DNA of 53,881 nucleotides, counting the filler, from Sphacelaria rigidula (Eukaryota), in NCBI GenBank assembly GCA_964200075.2. It is 5 parts of 5 records of this genome, joined end to end, with 100 filler letters (N's around TTAATTAATTAA, not from the genome) between each part and the next. Parts side by side here need not be neighbours in the genome. Positions count along the whole stretch, not along the records: positions 32,391 to 43,086 come from CAXNAA020006068.1; positions 43,187 to 53,881 come from CAXNAA020006069.1; 3 more parts are not named here. One strand, written 5' to 3'. Both the position numbers and the translations under genes were made by a program. Positions 36,815 through 49,700 of this stretch are shown piece after piece; positions within the stretch are counted from its first letter, which is position 1; every line of letters begins with the position of its first letter. Below the pieces are notes generated by a model. The model saw only the letters and a list, made by a program, of their open reading frames with translations. It was not told the DNA's origin and ran no database searches.

Positions 36815-39800
36815 ATTCTATGTCATGTGTAGACGCACAGCAAGGGTGAGGATACGGTGCCATGGGGGATACGTATCTAAGGTTAACAGGAATCATGTTT
36901 CATGGCTAAAGGGTTGAAAGCTCATAAGTGAAAAGCACCTTCGAAATTGGAGACAGAACCCGCCTGCGTGTCGCTTCGGAACCCATTTTTTGGTTGTTAC
37001 GGAAGCCGGGATTCGATTCCATGACTCCCCCTGAGAAGGAGGAGAATGAGGTCCGTACACACACAACCACGCACGCCGCCACATGCCCTGGAAACAAACA
37101 CATGTGTATATATATACACCCACAAGGGTTTTGGCGAGTTACACCGCCACGCGCAGTGAATTGACAGCCATGATACATGAGCACCGGTGATGGGTATGTG
37201 CGTTTCGTAATGCCAAATGTCATAGTTTGAAGAAAAAACTGTAGATGTTCGTCAGCTGAGCATGTTGTGGGTGACCTTGCACAAATCTGTTGAGAAATCA
37301 ATAAAAAACGATATTTTAGGTGAGACGCGCACACCACACGCGTACAAACGGTCAGCACCCATTGAAATGGTGCCGATCCAGTTTTTAAAACAGAGTAAAA
37401 CCCGCTGCACCCAGTCACTCATGATGGAAGTAAACGCATGGCGCTAAAGTTGAGACGGCGCGACATGCGTTCGAGATAATCAAAACACGCTCGAGGTGTG
37501 CAAGCCCTGCCCTCACAGGTAGACGCTATTCACTGAAGCGCTATGGCATGCCGGCCGTTTCATGCCGTCATAGTGAAGCACGGTGTCCCTAAACTGAGCA
37601 TGATGCCAATTGAGTTCTTAAATGAAAACGATGCCGATTCCACAAATCCCGAAAATGAAGAGCGGTGGAAACGGATGACGGAACCTCCGACATTCGAAAG
37701 ATCCACGGAGACGTGGAGAAAAGGGACACATGGAACGAAGTGCATCGCAACGCCAACCGACATACAGAACACAAGGCGAGAAGCAAATACACTCCAAACC
37801 CGAGTAGAAACAAAACTTACCCCAACGTCCACCGAAACCTAAGCGAAGTGCCTGCTGAGAGGTATGAACGAGAAAGACGTACTCCAAAATTAATTATCGA
37901 CGAAAATGCTGGCCTCTCAGAGCTTGATAGCGAAATAACACCTGTCTGCAAGGAGACTTGAGCCAACCAATACTTCAGAATATCGCCAGTCCTTGACGTG
38001 CTATGTTTGTTGGGAAATAGACTTCGGCTTCCTTTCGGTGGGAGCGTACAGCGGGAAGTCGCGTCGGAGAGTACAGCGGAAAGTCGCCCACACGTGGATA
38101 TAACGGTGCTGTTGGTCCTTGAAGGGAAAAAGTAACGTGCTGTGCCATAGAATATGCGCATCAGAGAAGTACCGCATGTGAGACACACACATTGCGGCGT
38201 CTGCTGGAAACACTACAGAACAGATGGCCTCATGTTTGCCGCATCACGTGAGCGGCAAAGAATCTGCCGGGGGCTCGTCCACCTGAAACACAAGTTTCCC
38301 CCGAAAAAGCGAAAAACGCGTCGGTGTGATGGGAAGGCCTCATCAACTCTTCGCCCGAAACGACACGGATCTCCGGGAAGCGATAGGTTGTCGTTGGGAA
38401 ACTAGCACTCGTTTGCTGCATCAGGGGGGCACCGCCCAAGCTGCTGGGGGCTTACTTACACACTGTAACTCTCTGCACATACACGTTGAACGCACGGGCG
38501 TGATATAGAAGCGTACGCGACATGGGCCTCAGAGGACACGAAACGGATGGATGGTGAAAAATGCGTCCAATTGGTGGGAGTAAAACCGAATGAACCGCTC
38601 CTCGATGTTCGCCACAGACACTCAAGGGCAGTATCGTGTCGTGCTTGGTACCAGGTGGATCTACCCGAGATCCGAGTCCGGCGCCAATGAGCGATGGCTG
38701 GACACACTTATTTTTTTGTCAAAATATAATCATAACGCTGACATAAACCCCAACCCCAACCCCAACGCAGACGGAAAAACGTCGAGCAAGGATCCCGTAT
38801 AGAGTGCCCTCGGCAACTCTGACTTTTTTGTCGGTTCAAATCGGCGGGCTGGGACAAACCGAGAGAAGGTTCGAATATGATTGGTTACACTAAAACTACG
38901 GAAAAAGTGACGAACACGTCTTGGCGTACAGAATACCAATATGCACCCCTGAATCATGACACTTAGCTACAGGGGATTTTACGCCGTGGGTATAGTGCCA
39001 TGTGCGAGTGTGTGTTACTCTGGTGTGTTAATGGTTTGCGACACATGCATTACCCTACTCCGAATTCTGTAGCCAAATCTAACCCTCAAATTCGTTCCCC
39101 CCTTGTGTGCGTTGGAAGGGCGTACATATAGGCTGTGTCTGAATTGGTAGCGTGTGCATCTGGATCATCTGCGTTGGTATTGACTGCACTGTACAAATCG
39201 AGCGACACCACGTATTCCATCTCCGAGGGCATATGTGATGTGTCGTGCAGCAAGCATGCGCCAATTTTCTAACAGCGATAACGCTCTACAAGTGAAGAGC
39301 TAGCGAACCGTCCCTCTGCAAGTAAAGACCTTGCGAACTGCGTGGAAACCTAGTCTTGGGTGCCGGGAAAACACGTAGGACACTGTCATTCTGGCTGTGG
39401 CGGAGAAGCTCACGGGGTGTTCTCTGCACTGTATCTCACGGTGTCACCAATAATCGCCGTTTCTAATACTGTGACCTCATTGACCTGGAGAATTGTTCAG
39501 GTGTCGGCTTCAGCTCCACGTGACACACTGAGCGGAATAGCGCTGCCTACATGGTACCACGTGAGCGTCGCAAACAATCTCTGTATGTGTCCGTATGACG
39601 TACGATTCCCTGATGACCGTCACACAATACGTATGATACGACAAAACACTGATACTATTCCCAGAAAATCAGACCAACGACGGCTATCTGTACCCTTGCG
39701 CGCAATAATGGTTGACATTTACTGAGGTACACAAAAAAAGCGTTGTGATATACGATAGGGAGAATGCCGTTGTGAACGTAAACGATTCCCTAGACCCGTC

Positions 39801-40075
39801 TTCCCATTACATGGAGAAACCACATGGTGAAGCATGCCACATATACGGTAGCCCGCGCAAATGTCAACACCGCTAAACCATAGAAATAGCACGTGGTACA
39901 TTTTGTGGATAATGGCCAACATATGCACACAACGAAATATACTGGTATTTTGGTGGTTTTGTTTATCAGTGTCATTACATGACAATGTATTGACATTGAC
40001 CAATATGCATCGGGCCAATACACAGCCCAATCTACGTTGAAATCGTCCGAAAATCACGCAAGAGCGTCCCTTTAC

Positions 40076-41550
40076 GTCTCTGATCCGCAGGATGAAAACC
40101 GAAGCTTTGAAAGCCTCCCCAGGTCTCCGTAGCGGTCACCAGCCCGTCAACTCCAGCACATACATTCAACAATAGTGTGGGGCTCTTGATTATTTGGTGT
40201 GGCGTCATTCAGCGTTTTTTTGTGTTTTTTTTTTTTTCTTATTGAAGAGCAGAATGAATACCGCACAACCAATTTTCCCCATCATGTGGGTTCAGAGTGA
40301 ATGGTCGAACAAGAGAACTACACACAAACGTCGTACCTCATCCTGTGAGTGATAGACCGGTCGAGCAAAGAAGTACGGAAAATAAAACACTGGGGGTGAT
40401 ATCTACATTAAACCTCCACAATGCTCATTGCCGGCATACGCAAGCAGTAGCAGTAGTTATGATTACAGAAGGGGCGCGGACACAACTTGTTGCCCCAAGC
40501 AGGGAACCAATCTGTAGAAAAGCGTGACAATGCATGCCGGGGGCGCTGAAGGTCAGGCAATTGAATCTCTCCGATTATGCATATTTTGATACAAATTCGT
40601 AATTTCTCATGATGCTCACACTACCAAAACTTCCCGGAATACATTTCAACAACTGAAATTAAAAGTCAGCACACGTCTTAATGATACAGCCTTCCCACCA
40701 GTATCCTGAATGTGCGTGTTCGATTGCCATAGCCGGAGCTACACCGTAAACGTGTGAAGGTATGTGGTGGACTGACCTGCGGCAGTTGACGCCCTTTAAA
40801 ACGACTACTGTGACAAAAAAAGCTTCCGTTTGAAAAACCTTCAAGGAGCACAATTTGCTTGTACCGTTTTTGATGCCAACTTGCTTGCACCGCTTTTGGA
40901 GGCGACTGCAGCACAGGTGGATCCGACAATCAAAGAAAACGCTTCAGAGAGGCCACAAGTCGTACGTGCGAGAACCTCCGGAGGCCCCTTCCCGCGTAGG
41001 GGCCACCATAAGCGAACTTCGGGAATACACGCAAAAAATTGCATCGGAGTTCACTTACAAAAACAAGCGTTTAGCAGCGTACTAGGTTCGCACCAGCTAT
41101 CTCCTACATCAGCTATATCTGGTGTCTGCTCTCAACTTTCTGCTCTGCTCACCTGTTCGCTTCCAGCTTGTAGCAAGCCGCTTGCTGCTTTCTACCCTGT
41201 GTACTTAACAGGCCATATGTGGACACAAATTCACTTGATAACATGTAGACATCTTCACATCTGCGGAAAATGACTTACGGGTCATACGAGAACACGACTT
41301 GCTTTCCCACTGCTGCCATCTCCCATCTCCGATACGAGAGCCCTGCTATCAGGCACTTACGCTCTGACCTTTTCTTACCGAAAGGTGCAGCTGCTTCCCT
41401 GAGAACAAATGCTGGCGACTCGGCCCTGAGATCAACGCCCAGCCGCCTGTACGATAAGTACAGCCACATGAAAAACCCACCCGTTATGAGCGCATAAAAA
41501 ACGGCCGTCGGTGGAAGGGCTAGAATTTGGTTCATCCTACCCCAAAACAT
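40076..41550 (-). CDS. Possible spliced gene for a type II membrane protein (candidate exons 41361-41550, 40777-40905, 40076-40184)
   Basis: MFWGRMNQILALPPTAVFYALITGGFFMWLYLSYRR has a single N-terminal hydrophobic segment, and the exon ends at gtaagt. The two downstream exons join each other in phase 0. The phase between the first two is not reconciled, so an exon may be missing. Confidence 0.4.
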
Positions 41551-43035
41551 TTTGCAGGTAGTAGGTTGGGATACTGCTGGCACCCATCCTGATCCGCCGG
41601 AATGGGACTCCCTTCTGATCCTCGTGTGGCCCTGGGGTAGCAGCGTACCACGTCTAAGCGCAGCCCGCTGTGCGCGTGTGGTGTGTGTGCGTCCCCGGGA
41701 GCATCATGGAGAATTCAGCCTTTTAGAAAAGGCTCTCTGGGGATCGTATTCAATTTTACTTCCCGCCTTCACAAGATTGTTCCTTAGGGTTCGTATTTCC
41801 ACAGAAGTCCCGGGGAAAAAATGCGAGCCGAAATCAAATTGTATGTTTATCTCTCGCACTATCAACCCAGGACGCGCCGAGACTAGTACAGTAGTTTGCA
41901 GCTGAAACACGGGGATTTTTGTTATGTTTTCGTCGTCGGCAATTTCAAGTGGTGTTTTCGCATGCCACCGCTCATCCCGGTGAACGTTAGTCTCCAAAGT
42001 TTGGGGATCGAGAAATACTAGGTATCTGCTTCACATTCCGAAACAAAATCACCTCTGCTCTCGATATTGAACTGCTTACGGTCCTGCGACTACCAAGCCC
42101 CGGGTTCTTACCCTTGGGGATTTTTACTCGATTGAAGTAATCCCACTCGTTCTCGTGAACAAATGAGAAGATATGTCATTTTTTTAATCTTCACCTATTT
42201 ATTGCGCCACAGCTGGAAGGATATGTTTTTTGGACCAGTGACGGTCGACAGCACCCCCATGATAACGCGGTATTTACTCCGTATCACCCCGACAGCATCA
42301 ATCGAGGATTGCGCTCTGGGCACTACCTTAGTTTTTCCCCAATATCTATCGACGCTAGGGCTTGTGAGTGCTACGGAAGAAAACTATACGGGACAAACTC
42401 AGAAAAGTTCCGAACTACGAAAATTGCTCCACCGAGCTCTGCATAGCACAGGGAGAGGCGAACCAATTCCGATCGCTCTCGTGAATGATTTCACAAACCC
42501 TTATTTGTTAGTTTCACGTACTCATCGCACGAGAGCCGAAAAGAAACGTGTTTTCGACCAAAATGGTCAATAACACCCACTGTCAACTCAGCCCATAGGT
42601 CTTGCAATAGTGAGTGGAGAGACGATTCTTGTTTCGGAATGTGGAGCGGATGTCTAGTATCCACCGATTCCCCAACTTCGGGATGAAAAATTCACTTGGA
42701 TGAGCGGTGGCACGCGAAAAACTATTGAAAATCGCCAACTGCAAAAAAGTTACAAAAATTTCCTATATCAGCTGCAAAGTACTAAAGCGCCGGCCAGCGC
42801 TGAAGATGTTTGTGCCCTTCTTCTTGTCATCTGCGGGGCTCTCGTGGTAGCAATATCGAACATCCTCAGCGCCGTTTACATGGGAGAACAGACTTGCGTC
42901 GCCATCCCGGCGCACGCGAGATGGTGTCAGAGGTTGATGATTTGTTGGCATCGACCGTGCTGTCAAAAACTTGCAGCAACGACAGTACAGGTCTGTCTGT
43001 GCTGCCTCATGCATCAAGTGTACCTCTTAAAATTG

Positions 43036-43086
43036 CCGTTCCCCCCGGTGGCTCAGTTGGTAACCTCGAAACCTTTTGACGGTTGG
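43036..43086 (+). mobile_element. tRNA-derived SINE, copy D (head only, cut by contig end)
   Basis: ccccggtggctcagttggtaacctcg...tgacggttg matches the heads of copies A and C. Confidence 0.75.
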
Positions 43087-43730
43087 NNNNNNNNNNNNNN
43101 NNNNNNNNNNNNNNNNNNNNNNNNNNNNNNTTAATTAATTAANNNNNNNNNNNNNNNNNNNNNNNNNNNNNNNNNNNNNNNNNNNNGTGCCGCCTTGTGT
43201 GGTGCCTCAACCCGTCGCCTTCGTTTCTTAGGCTCTTGTATTTATTGCCGTTTTTTTTTTTTCACAAGTTAAGGTTTGTTTCTGCCCGGAAATCAGCGAT
43301 GGTTCCTTTTACAACCCCTGGCCTCTGGTTATCGGGGTTGGGTGAGCATATCACCCCTATGTGAGTGTTTTTGTTCCCCAAGTCGGTTTTCAATGAGTCG
43401 CCTACAGTAACCTGAGATAATGGAGGGTACGGAGTGTGTTATTGGGTTCGTGGAGCATGGTTTCACCGAGACGTGAAGGTATTTTGATAACCGGGGTTTA
43501 TCGACAGTGCAGGGCCTTCATCACGCGGAAAATCAGGGTGAAAAACTCGCCATCGACGGGTGGTCGACTCCTTTTCCTACGGTACTTCCTGTTGGTATTG
43601 ACTGTGTAGCATACTCCACCCCCCCGGTCTAGGCATCCGGCTATCCGTTCACCTCCTCGCGTCTCTCCCTTTTCCCCGGCCTTTCTCGCTACGCTACATG
43701 CCGCTGTACTGTTTTGCAACTGGTCTCTAG

Positions 43731-46700
43731 GTATCGCCAAGACGGGCACAAGCAAATGCCGGCGGGAACCGTGAGCAAGGCAGGAGATGGGCATCGGCCC
43801 ATCTACGCCAACGACGCTCCGGCCTTCAGGTTCGCTGCGTTCTAATAATTATGGTACATGTTGCGCTTGCCGAGGCCCGCAATAGACAGGGCAACAAGTG
43901 GCGACCGACCAACGTGCGCAAGTGGTAAAATAGATTCAAATAGATCCAACCACTCACAAGAGATACCCATGCAGCAAGAATAAATCCGGCGCGTATGGCT
44001 CGCTTGACGATGTCTCACTGCCCTCTTCTTTTCCCTTGGGAGCGCCGACACCACTCAATCAGGAATTTTGCCAACGTGCGTGATATAGTTTTTCAACCCA
44101 CAATAAGCAGGGGCCCACGTGTTCAGTTATTTTGTTGTTGTCATGGAATATGACTACATGTGCAACACAGCAATTTGGCACGCTGTTGCACACAAGCTGT
44201 ATTCAATGATGGGGGCCTGTTTTACTGATGGCATCGCGCCGATCCCGCACGGCACACCTACAAAATGTACCAATACCACCGCAAGCACGATCAACAACGA
44301 GGGCACGCCTTTTCTCCTCTACACAAACAAACCTCAGGGCGTGATCAGTACGGTACGAATCGACCGCATTGAAGTGAAGTGATTTCCGGACGAATCATTA
44401 TCCGCCGGTCGTTTGAAGATATGCGTTTTTTTTTTAGTTTTTTTTTTGCCTTCTTTTAATCGGGACACTTCGAGCCTCAGGAGCGAAATGAGCTCATCAA
44501 AAATATGTGAAAAGCGGCGAAATCCATATCCAACAAATGGCTCGACATCTGCCACCGTTCATCATCATCAAGCGGGGTCGTTTTTTTGTTGTTGTTGACC
44601 TCGCTACTTCCCTCCTCTGCCGTTTTTTCACATGTTCTCCACGGCGCGCGCGCACACACACACAGGGACTCGCGACGCACTAGCAGTTTCAACACGCCTC
44701 TAGGGTTCGACACATCTTCGTCGCTGCCACCATGGGCTAGACAACACCCGGGGGCATCCCCGACCACCGTGGGGGTAACATCTTTTAAGCAGGCGGCAAA
44801 CGCATCAGTGCCACCCGGGGTTGGTCTTGGCGGGCTCTTGGGAAACTCAGCCAACGGAGACATCCTGGGTAGTACGGATGCGGTACCACGCGGCGGTGGA
44901 GGAGACAGCGAAGGCATCAAGCATCGGGGGCACCTTCAGATACCAGTAGATGCCGGAGGGAGAGTGAACGCTGGTGCGTCGGGGGGAGTACCGTCTAAGC
45001 CTCGTCGCGTGTTCGCGGGCCTACCAGGAGCTATACACCCGGACAGTGGAGCTGAAGACAAAGGGAGATGGGCGGGTACGGACCCAGAGAGCTTTTTGAG
45101 GGAGAATTTGAGCCTTACCGACCTGGTGTCCCTGGCGTACATGTTCAATTTTTCGTCGGAGTCAGTCGTGCTGAGTCTGGGCGAGAGGAAGGCTTCTGTG
45201 CAGGTGGGAGGCATTGTACGGAATGCGATGGAAAACGACCTTGGCATTTTTCAGTATATAAGTGTCGTGTTGTGTCGCAACACTTGTCATTTGAAATCCA
45301 AAATGATGCGTCAATCAGAATGTGGTGGGAAAAACAAGGGATATTTGGTGTTGGTGGCAGTTGCTAGGGGGCTGGAGATGGTCGTTTTCAAATCGTCGTT
45401 TTGAAATGGCATGTAACCCACGCAGGAACGTATTGGGGGCTCCTATGCTCGTCGGTACGCGGAAGGTCGAAGAATAGAGCTTCCGATCGCAGAAATTTTG
45501 AGAGGAGGCCTTTGCGTAAGTGACCCGTGATGTCGCTATGACAGACAGACCCTGCAGAGGGTACTTCACGGGACGAAACATGCCACACCTCAACGACCAC
45601 GGAAAACCGTGCGATAATTCTTACCGCGTTGTAGATTGAGGCGTGGTCTCCAGGCAGCTCCAAAACTTGGTTGCTTACTGGTTTTTATACGCCATATCAG
45701 TTCGATCTTCCTGAATCGCGTTAAACTCGTACTGATCTCTCGAAAGCAGTGTACAATACGGGACAGCCTTGCTTGGAAGACAGTATCGCAATACATGGCT
45801 CAGCTGAAATCATCAGGGCGCCTGACCACGTCTGGCAGTTCGTCTCCCTGAATTGAGAGTTCCCTCCCTCCTCCCTTCCAAACTATAAATTGGCCTCCAG
45901 CGGAAGTCAGGATATTATTGAAGCTTTCACTCATATTCCACCTCCCGGTGAAACCGCTGTTTATTTTTCAGGCTGCATAATGATTTCGCGTGGGACGCTT
46001 CGTATGGAAAACGCTGCCCATGGAACTCTTGTGCCGTTTGCCGATACGATCAGACGATACATTCAACTGTTTTTGACAAAATAAGCAGAAACAAAGTTAA
46101 AACCGGCCAACCAAACTAGTCGCGTTGCTGCTGATACCATGCGCGATATGATCACGTATCCAAATGACACATGTCCACGACGTAGTGTGATTTACTGCAC
46201 TATGGGTGGCACCTCGGTATTGGAAATGTAAAGCATCATGTTACCCGTGATAAAACATCTGGTATGATGCAGCCTTTTGTGAAATTGGTAGTATCATATG
46301 CCAAGTTTTTTTTTATTTTCCCCGTGTTTCGTGTCGGTGTGTATACTTCATCGCATCAATCAAATGTTACGTGAGCGAGAACTGGATGATTGAACGCCAA
46401 ATATCAATTTGCACCTCGTGATATGATATGATTTCCAGCACTAGTGGGGTCTCGTGAGGAGACGGGAAATGTGGCCAGGTTCTTGTTTCCTTTCCCCGCT
46501 CCTAGATGTTTAGCGTTCCCACGTTACATCGCTATAAGCAGTGAATTTGACTGCTGTGAGCTATGAAGTTGCCTCTATTCACGCCGGGAGGGCCGACTAG
46601 CGGTCGTGTTCCGCGGTGCAGTACGGGTAATGTGCAATCGAAGATCGCCGACTGGTGCGCCTGAATGCCGACTGAGTGTTCACACGGCCGTCGTCCTCTT

Positions 46701-49700
46701 GGAACAATTTTGACAGGTGGAGGAAAGTGAGTGGAGCAAGCCCTTCAGTATGGAAACTGTCGGAGTGAACCAGGTGCACCTGCAACAGCAATATTGTTGG
46801 CGAAGTCACGAGTAAACCGTACGGCCGGAAAAGGCGCCATATATTTTGTGATAGACGCGTCGGTTTTGAGTTTTTTGTGATCTTTCCCACGGATATTCCG
46901 GGTCGGGGAACCTTCCAGGTTCGCAGGGTAGACAAACGCCATCAAACAATTCCAGCGGCGGACTTTATCCTGGGAAGCGAGAAAACGAAGCCCATATGTA
47001 TTTCGGTTGAGTTGCGTCATTCGTCCGGCCTACAGTTGCCGCGATTCGGTGACTCCGGGAAGAACTAAATATGACCTGAGAAAGATGCCCCGCACTTTAC
47101 CGCCTCACGCTTCCCAACCGCTATGTTCAATGCAATAGGTGCTGAGCGTACGCCATCCGAGCAAGGGCACCCTGGAGCTGGGATTCACCATTGTGGTGCC
47201 GCCCGGCCGGTTAGGACAGTTCACGAAAGTGGTACAGTTTTGGCCCAGGCTGCTGGTTGTGAACCGGTTAGGCCGATCTCTGCTCCTCGAACAGAATTCC
47301 ACTCTAAGGTGAGCAGACTTGGATATATATATATATATATATATACAGGTACATACAGAACACGAACGCGAGTGATATGCAGGTGGTTCTTTCGTGACTG
47401 TTCTTGTTGTTTGTTGTCACCTGCATCCAAGTGTTCCATGTTACATGCGCTCCTATCCCCGGGCAACAGAGGCACGGAACAGTCGCCGTTGCCCGAAATA
47501 TGGAGTAGAGTCCTGGGGCAGTAGGCTTGAGGACAATTTGATGTCGCCACAGTTCCCCGTTTTTTGCAACGCTTACTCGAGGACAGCGTACCGGGGTGTG
47601 TGATGTAGAGCTGTGCGGGCGTTCACTCGTTTCTACGGAGTGGGTTTGCAGCTATTGTATGAATCACGAACGAAGTGGTCATGTGTTCGGCTTCCGATAG
47701 TATTCCTTTTCTTCAGATCCCTTCGAGTGTCATTATGTCCCAAGGCTGGTCTGATGATTATCGGAGACAACCAGTCAGGGCGCGGTTCATGGCACGCTCA
47801 TCGCATCAGCCGGGGTCACACAGGAGGAGGATCAACAGAGAAGTTTTTTTTGTTTTGTTTTGTTTTCAGTACCCCGCCTTTCTTGTGCGGTGCTTGCCTT
47901 TTCTTGTTTATCGCGAGAACGGTTCAGCAGTCCCTGTCCCTCGTCGACCGTGAAGTCGAATTTGGTGTACCCACGACATGGTCGCTCTCCACTGTTGGGC
48001 ATACTGTAAGAAAAAAATCCCAGATCGGTCCGGGAATCGAACCTCACTACTCAACCGTCAGAAGGGCACGAGGTTACCAACTGAGCCACCGGGGCGACCA
48101 ATATTGGCATCGGCAATACACGCATATAGTGGGAGTTTTTTTTTTCACACAGGACTCGTTGTCGTCAACCATGCGCAATCGAGACATGTACCCGCAGTAG
48201 AATTCCAACATCAGGTCGTCAATCAGTAGTTGTTGCTTGTACTCCCATATGTCGCTGCGCACGTACCGTTTTCTATTCCACGAACAGGCAGCGTTCGGAG
48301 AGAGTCGCTGAAGTGCCAGCAGGACACGGTCAGCCTTTCCACTTGCCGCAAACAGGATATGAGCGTGAACTACGCGTCAAGGTGTGGTGTTCCCGTCCAG
48401 TCTATGTTATTACTGTATTTTCGTCTGTTGAACTTGTTTTTACCCTTCGTTCCGATAGACCCGGGGTCGGAAGCTAACAGTGTATTCGTGCCTAAGTCCT
48501 TACCCTATGTTGTCACGCGATGGATGCAGCATCCCGACTCGCTCGTCGACGGTACAATCGACCACGGGTCTCCTTCTGAGGAACATAATACCCTTTTCTC
48601 GTTCGCGGACAGCTCTGGCCCACACCAACCTTCCCCAAAGTTTAAGGGGAAAGTTGTCGGCCCACCATCATTACCGACGAGTAGGTCTTGAACTACTCAA
48701 CGTTACACATGAGGCGCACGGTTATAACTGACGGTGGGAGGTTCCCTTCTGTCCCTCGCATTTTTGTCTGTCATGCTCCAGGTGTCGGGTGGGTGGGAGC
48801 GAAGCGCGTCGTTCCCTGTGGATAGCGTAGGGGAGTACTCGCTGCGGCTGACGCGTAAGGTGGACGTTAGCGGTGTGAAGCACATATCTACCAGGAGATC
48901 CTCGGAGTATGATGTCGTCATTCCATGCATGGAGGTGAGGACGGTGTCTCGCGGTTAGCTCTGAAGTGGACGTGCTTTGACGAGGAAAGGAGTACACATA
49001 CGATGAAATGGAGCAAGTTCTGCCTGTTCCAGGTGTTGCTCTATTATACCAACACTTGAGATACTGTTGCTAAGCAGACAGAAACCTGACAACGTTCCAG
49101 AACTCCTGATCTACTCTGGTTCTGTTCTGTTCGCTCGCTGGGATCACAATAGGGGTTTCCTGTCTGCATACCACCGGTTCCCGCAAACGATTCACAGCTA
49201 GTCATCTATCAACGCCTTGACTGTCAGCTTTGCCTCGGAACAGTATTGGGGGGTGACAGTCCCGGGCCTGGATGGGGCGCGGGGGGGGGAAACTTTTTGA
49301 AATGGAAGGGGGAGAGAGGGTGCGACTTCCCAGCTTAACCGAAGTCCTTTCCAGTTCAACCACGTGTGCTCCCAGTAACATTGTACGTCGAGCGGCAGAC
49401 CTAAGAGGAGGGGAGTGACCGTTTTAATAGTTTGGATGGGTAACTGGGGCCCATGATGTTCCCGCGCAGATCGCCCGTCTTTGCCTACCTCGCGGTCAAG
49501 CCACTGGATTACTCAAGCGCACAATATAAACCGCGTATAGTTTTTCTCTTGATGTCGTCTGTGCGACCTGCCTGCTCCCTCGTCTTGCAATGTTAGGACA
49601 CGTGTACAAGCTTTTAAAAAGAATCAATGGCCTCTGTGTACGGTACAGAAGTAGTGAAACATGTTTTCAATTCGAGACGATGTGGGATGCAGCGAAATAT

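Noticed and set aside
38746..38765. (AACCCC)n as an interstitial telomere (similar motif near 6127-6147)
   Set aside because: Only about three units, too short to be meaningful.
48025..48099. tRNA gene (also 18278-18350 and 43036-43086)
   Set aside because: A and B boxes are present but there is no consistent cloverleaf, and the head continues into a shared ~250-bp body, so these are SINE heads.
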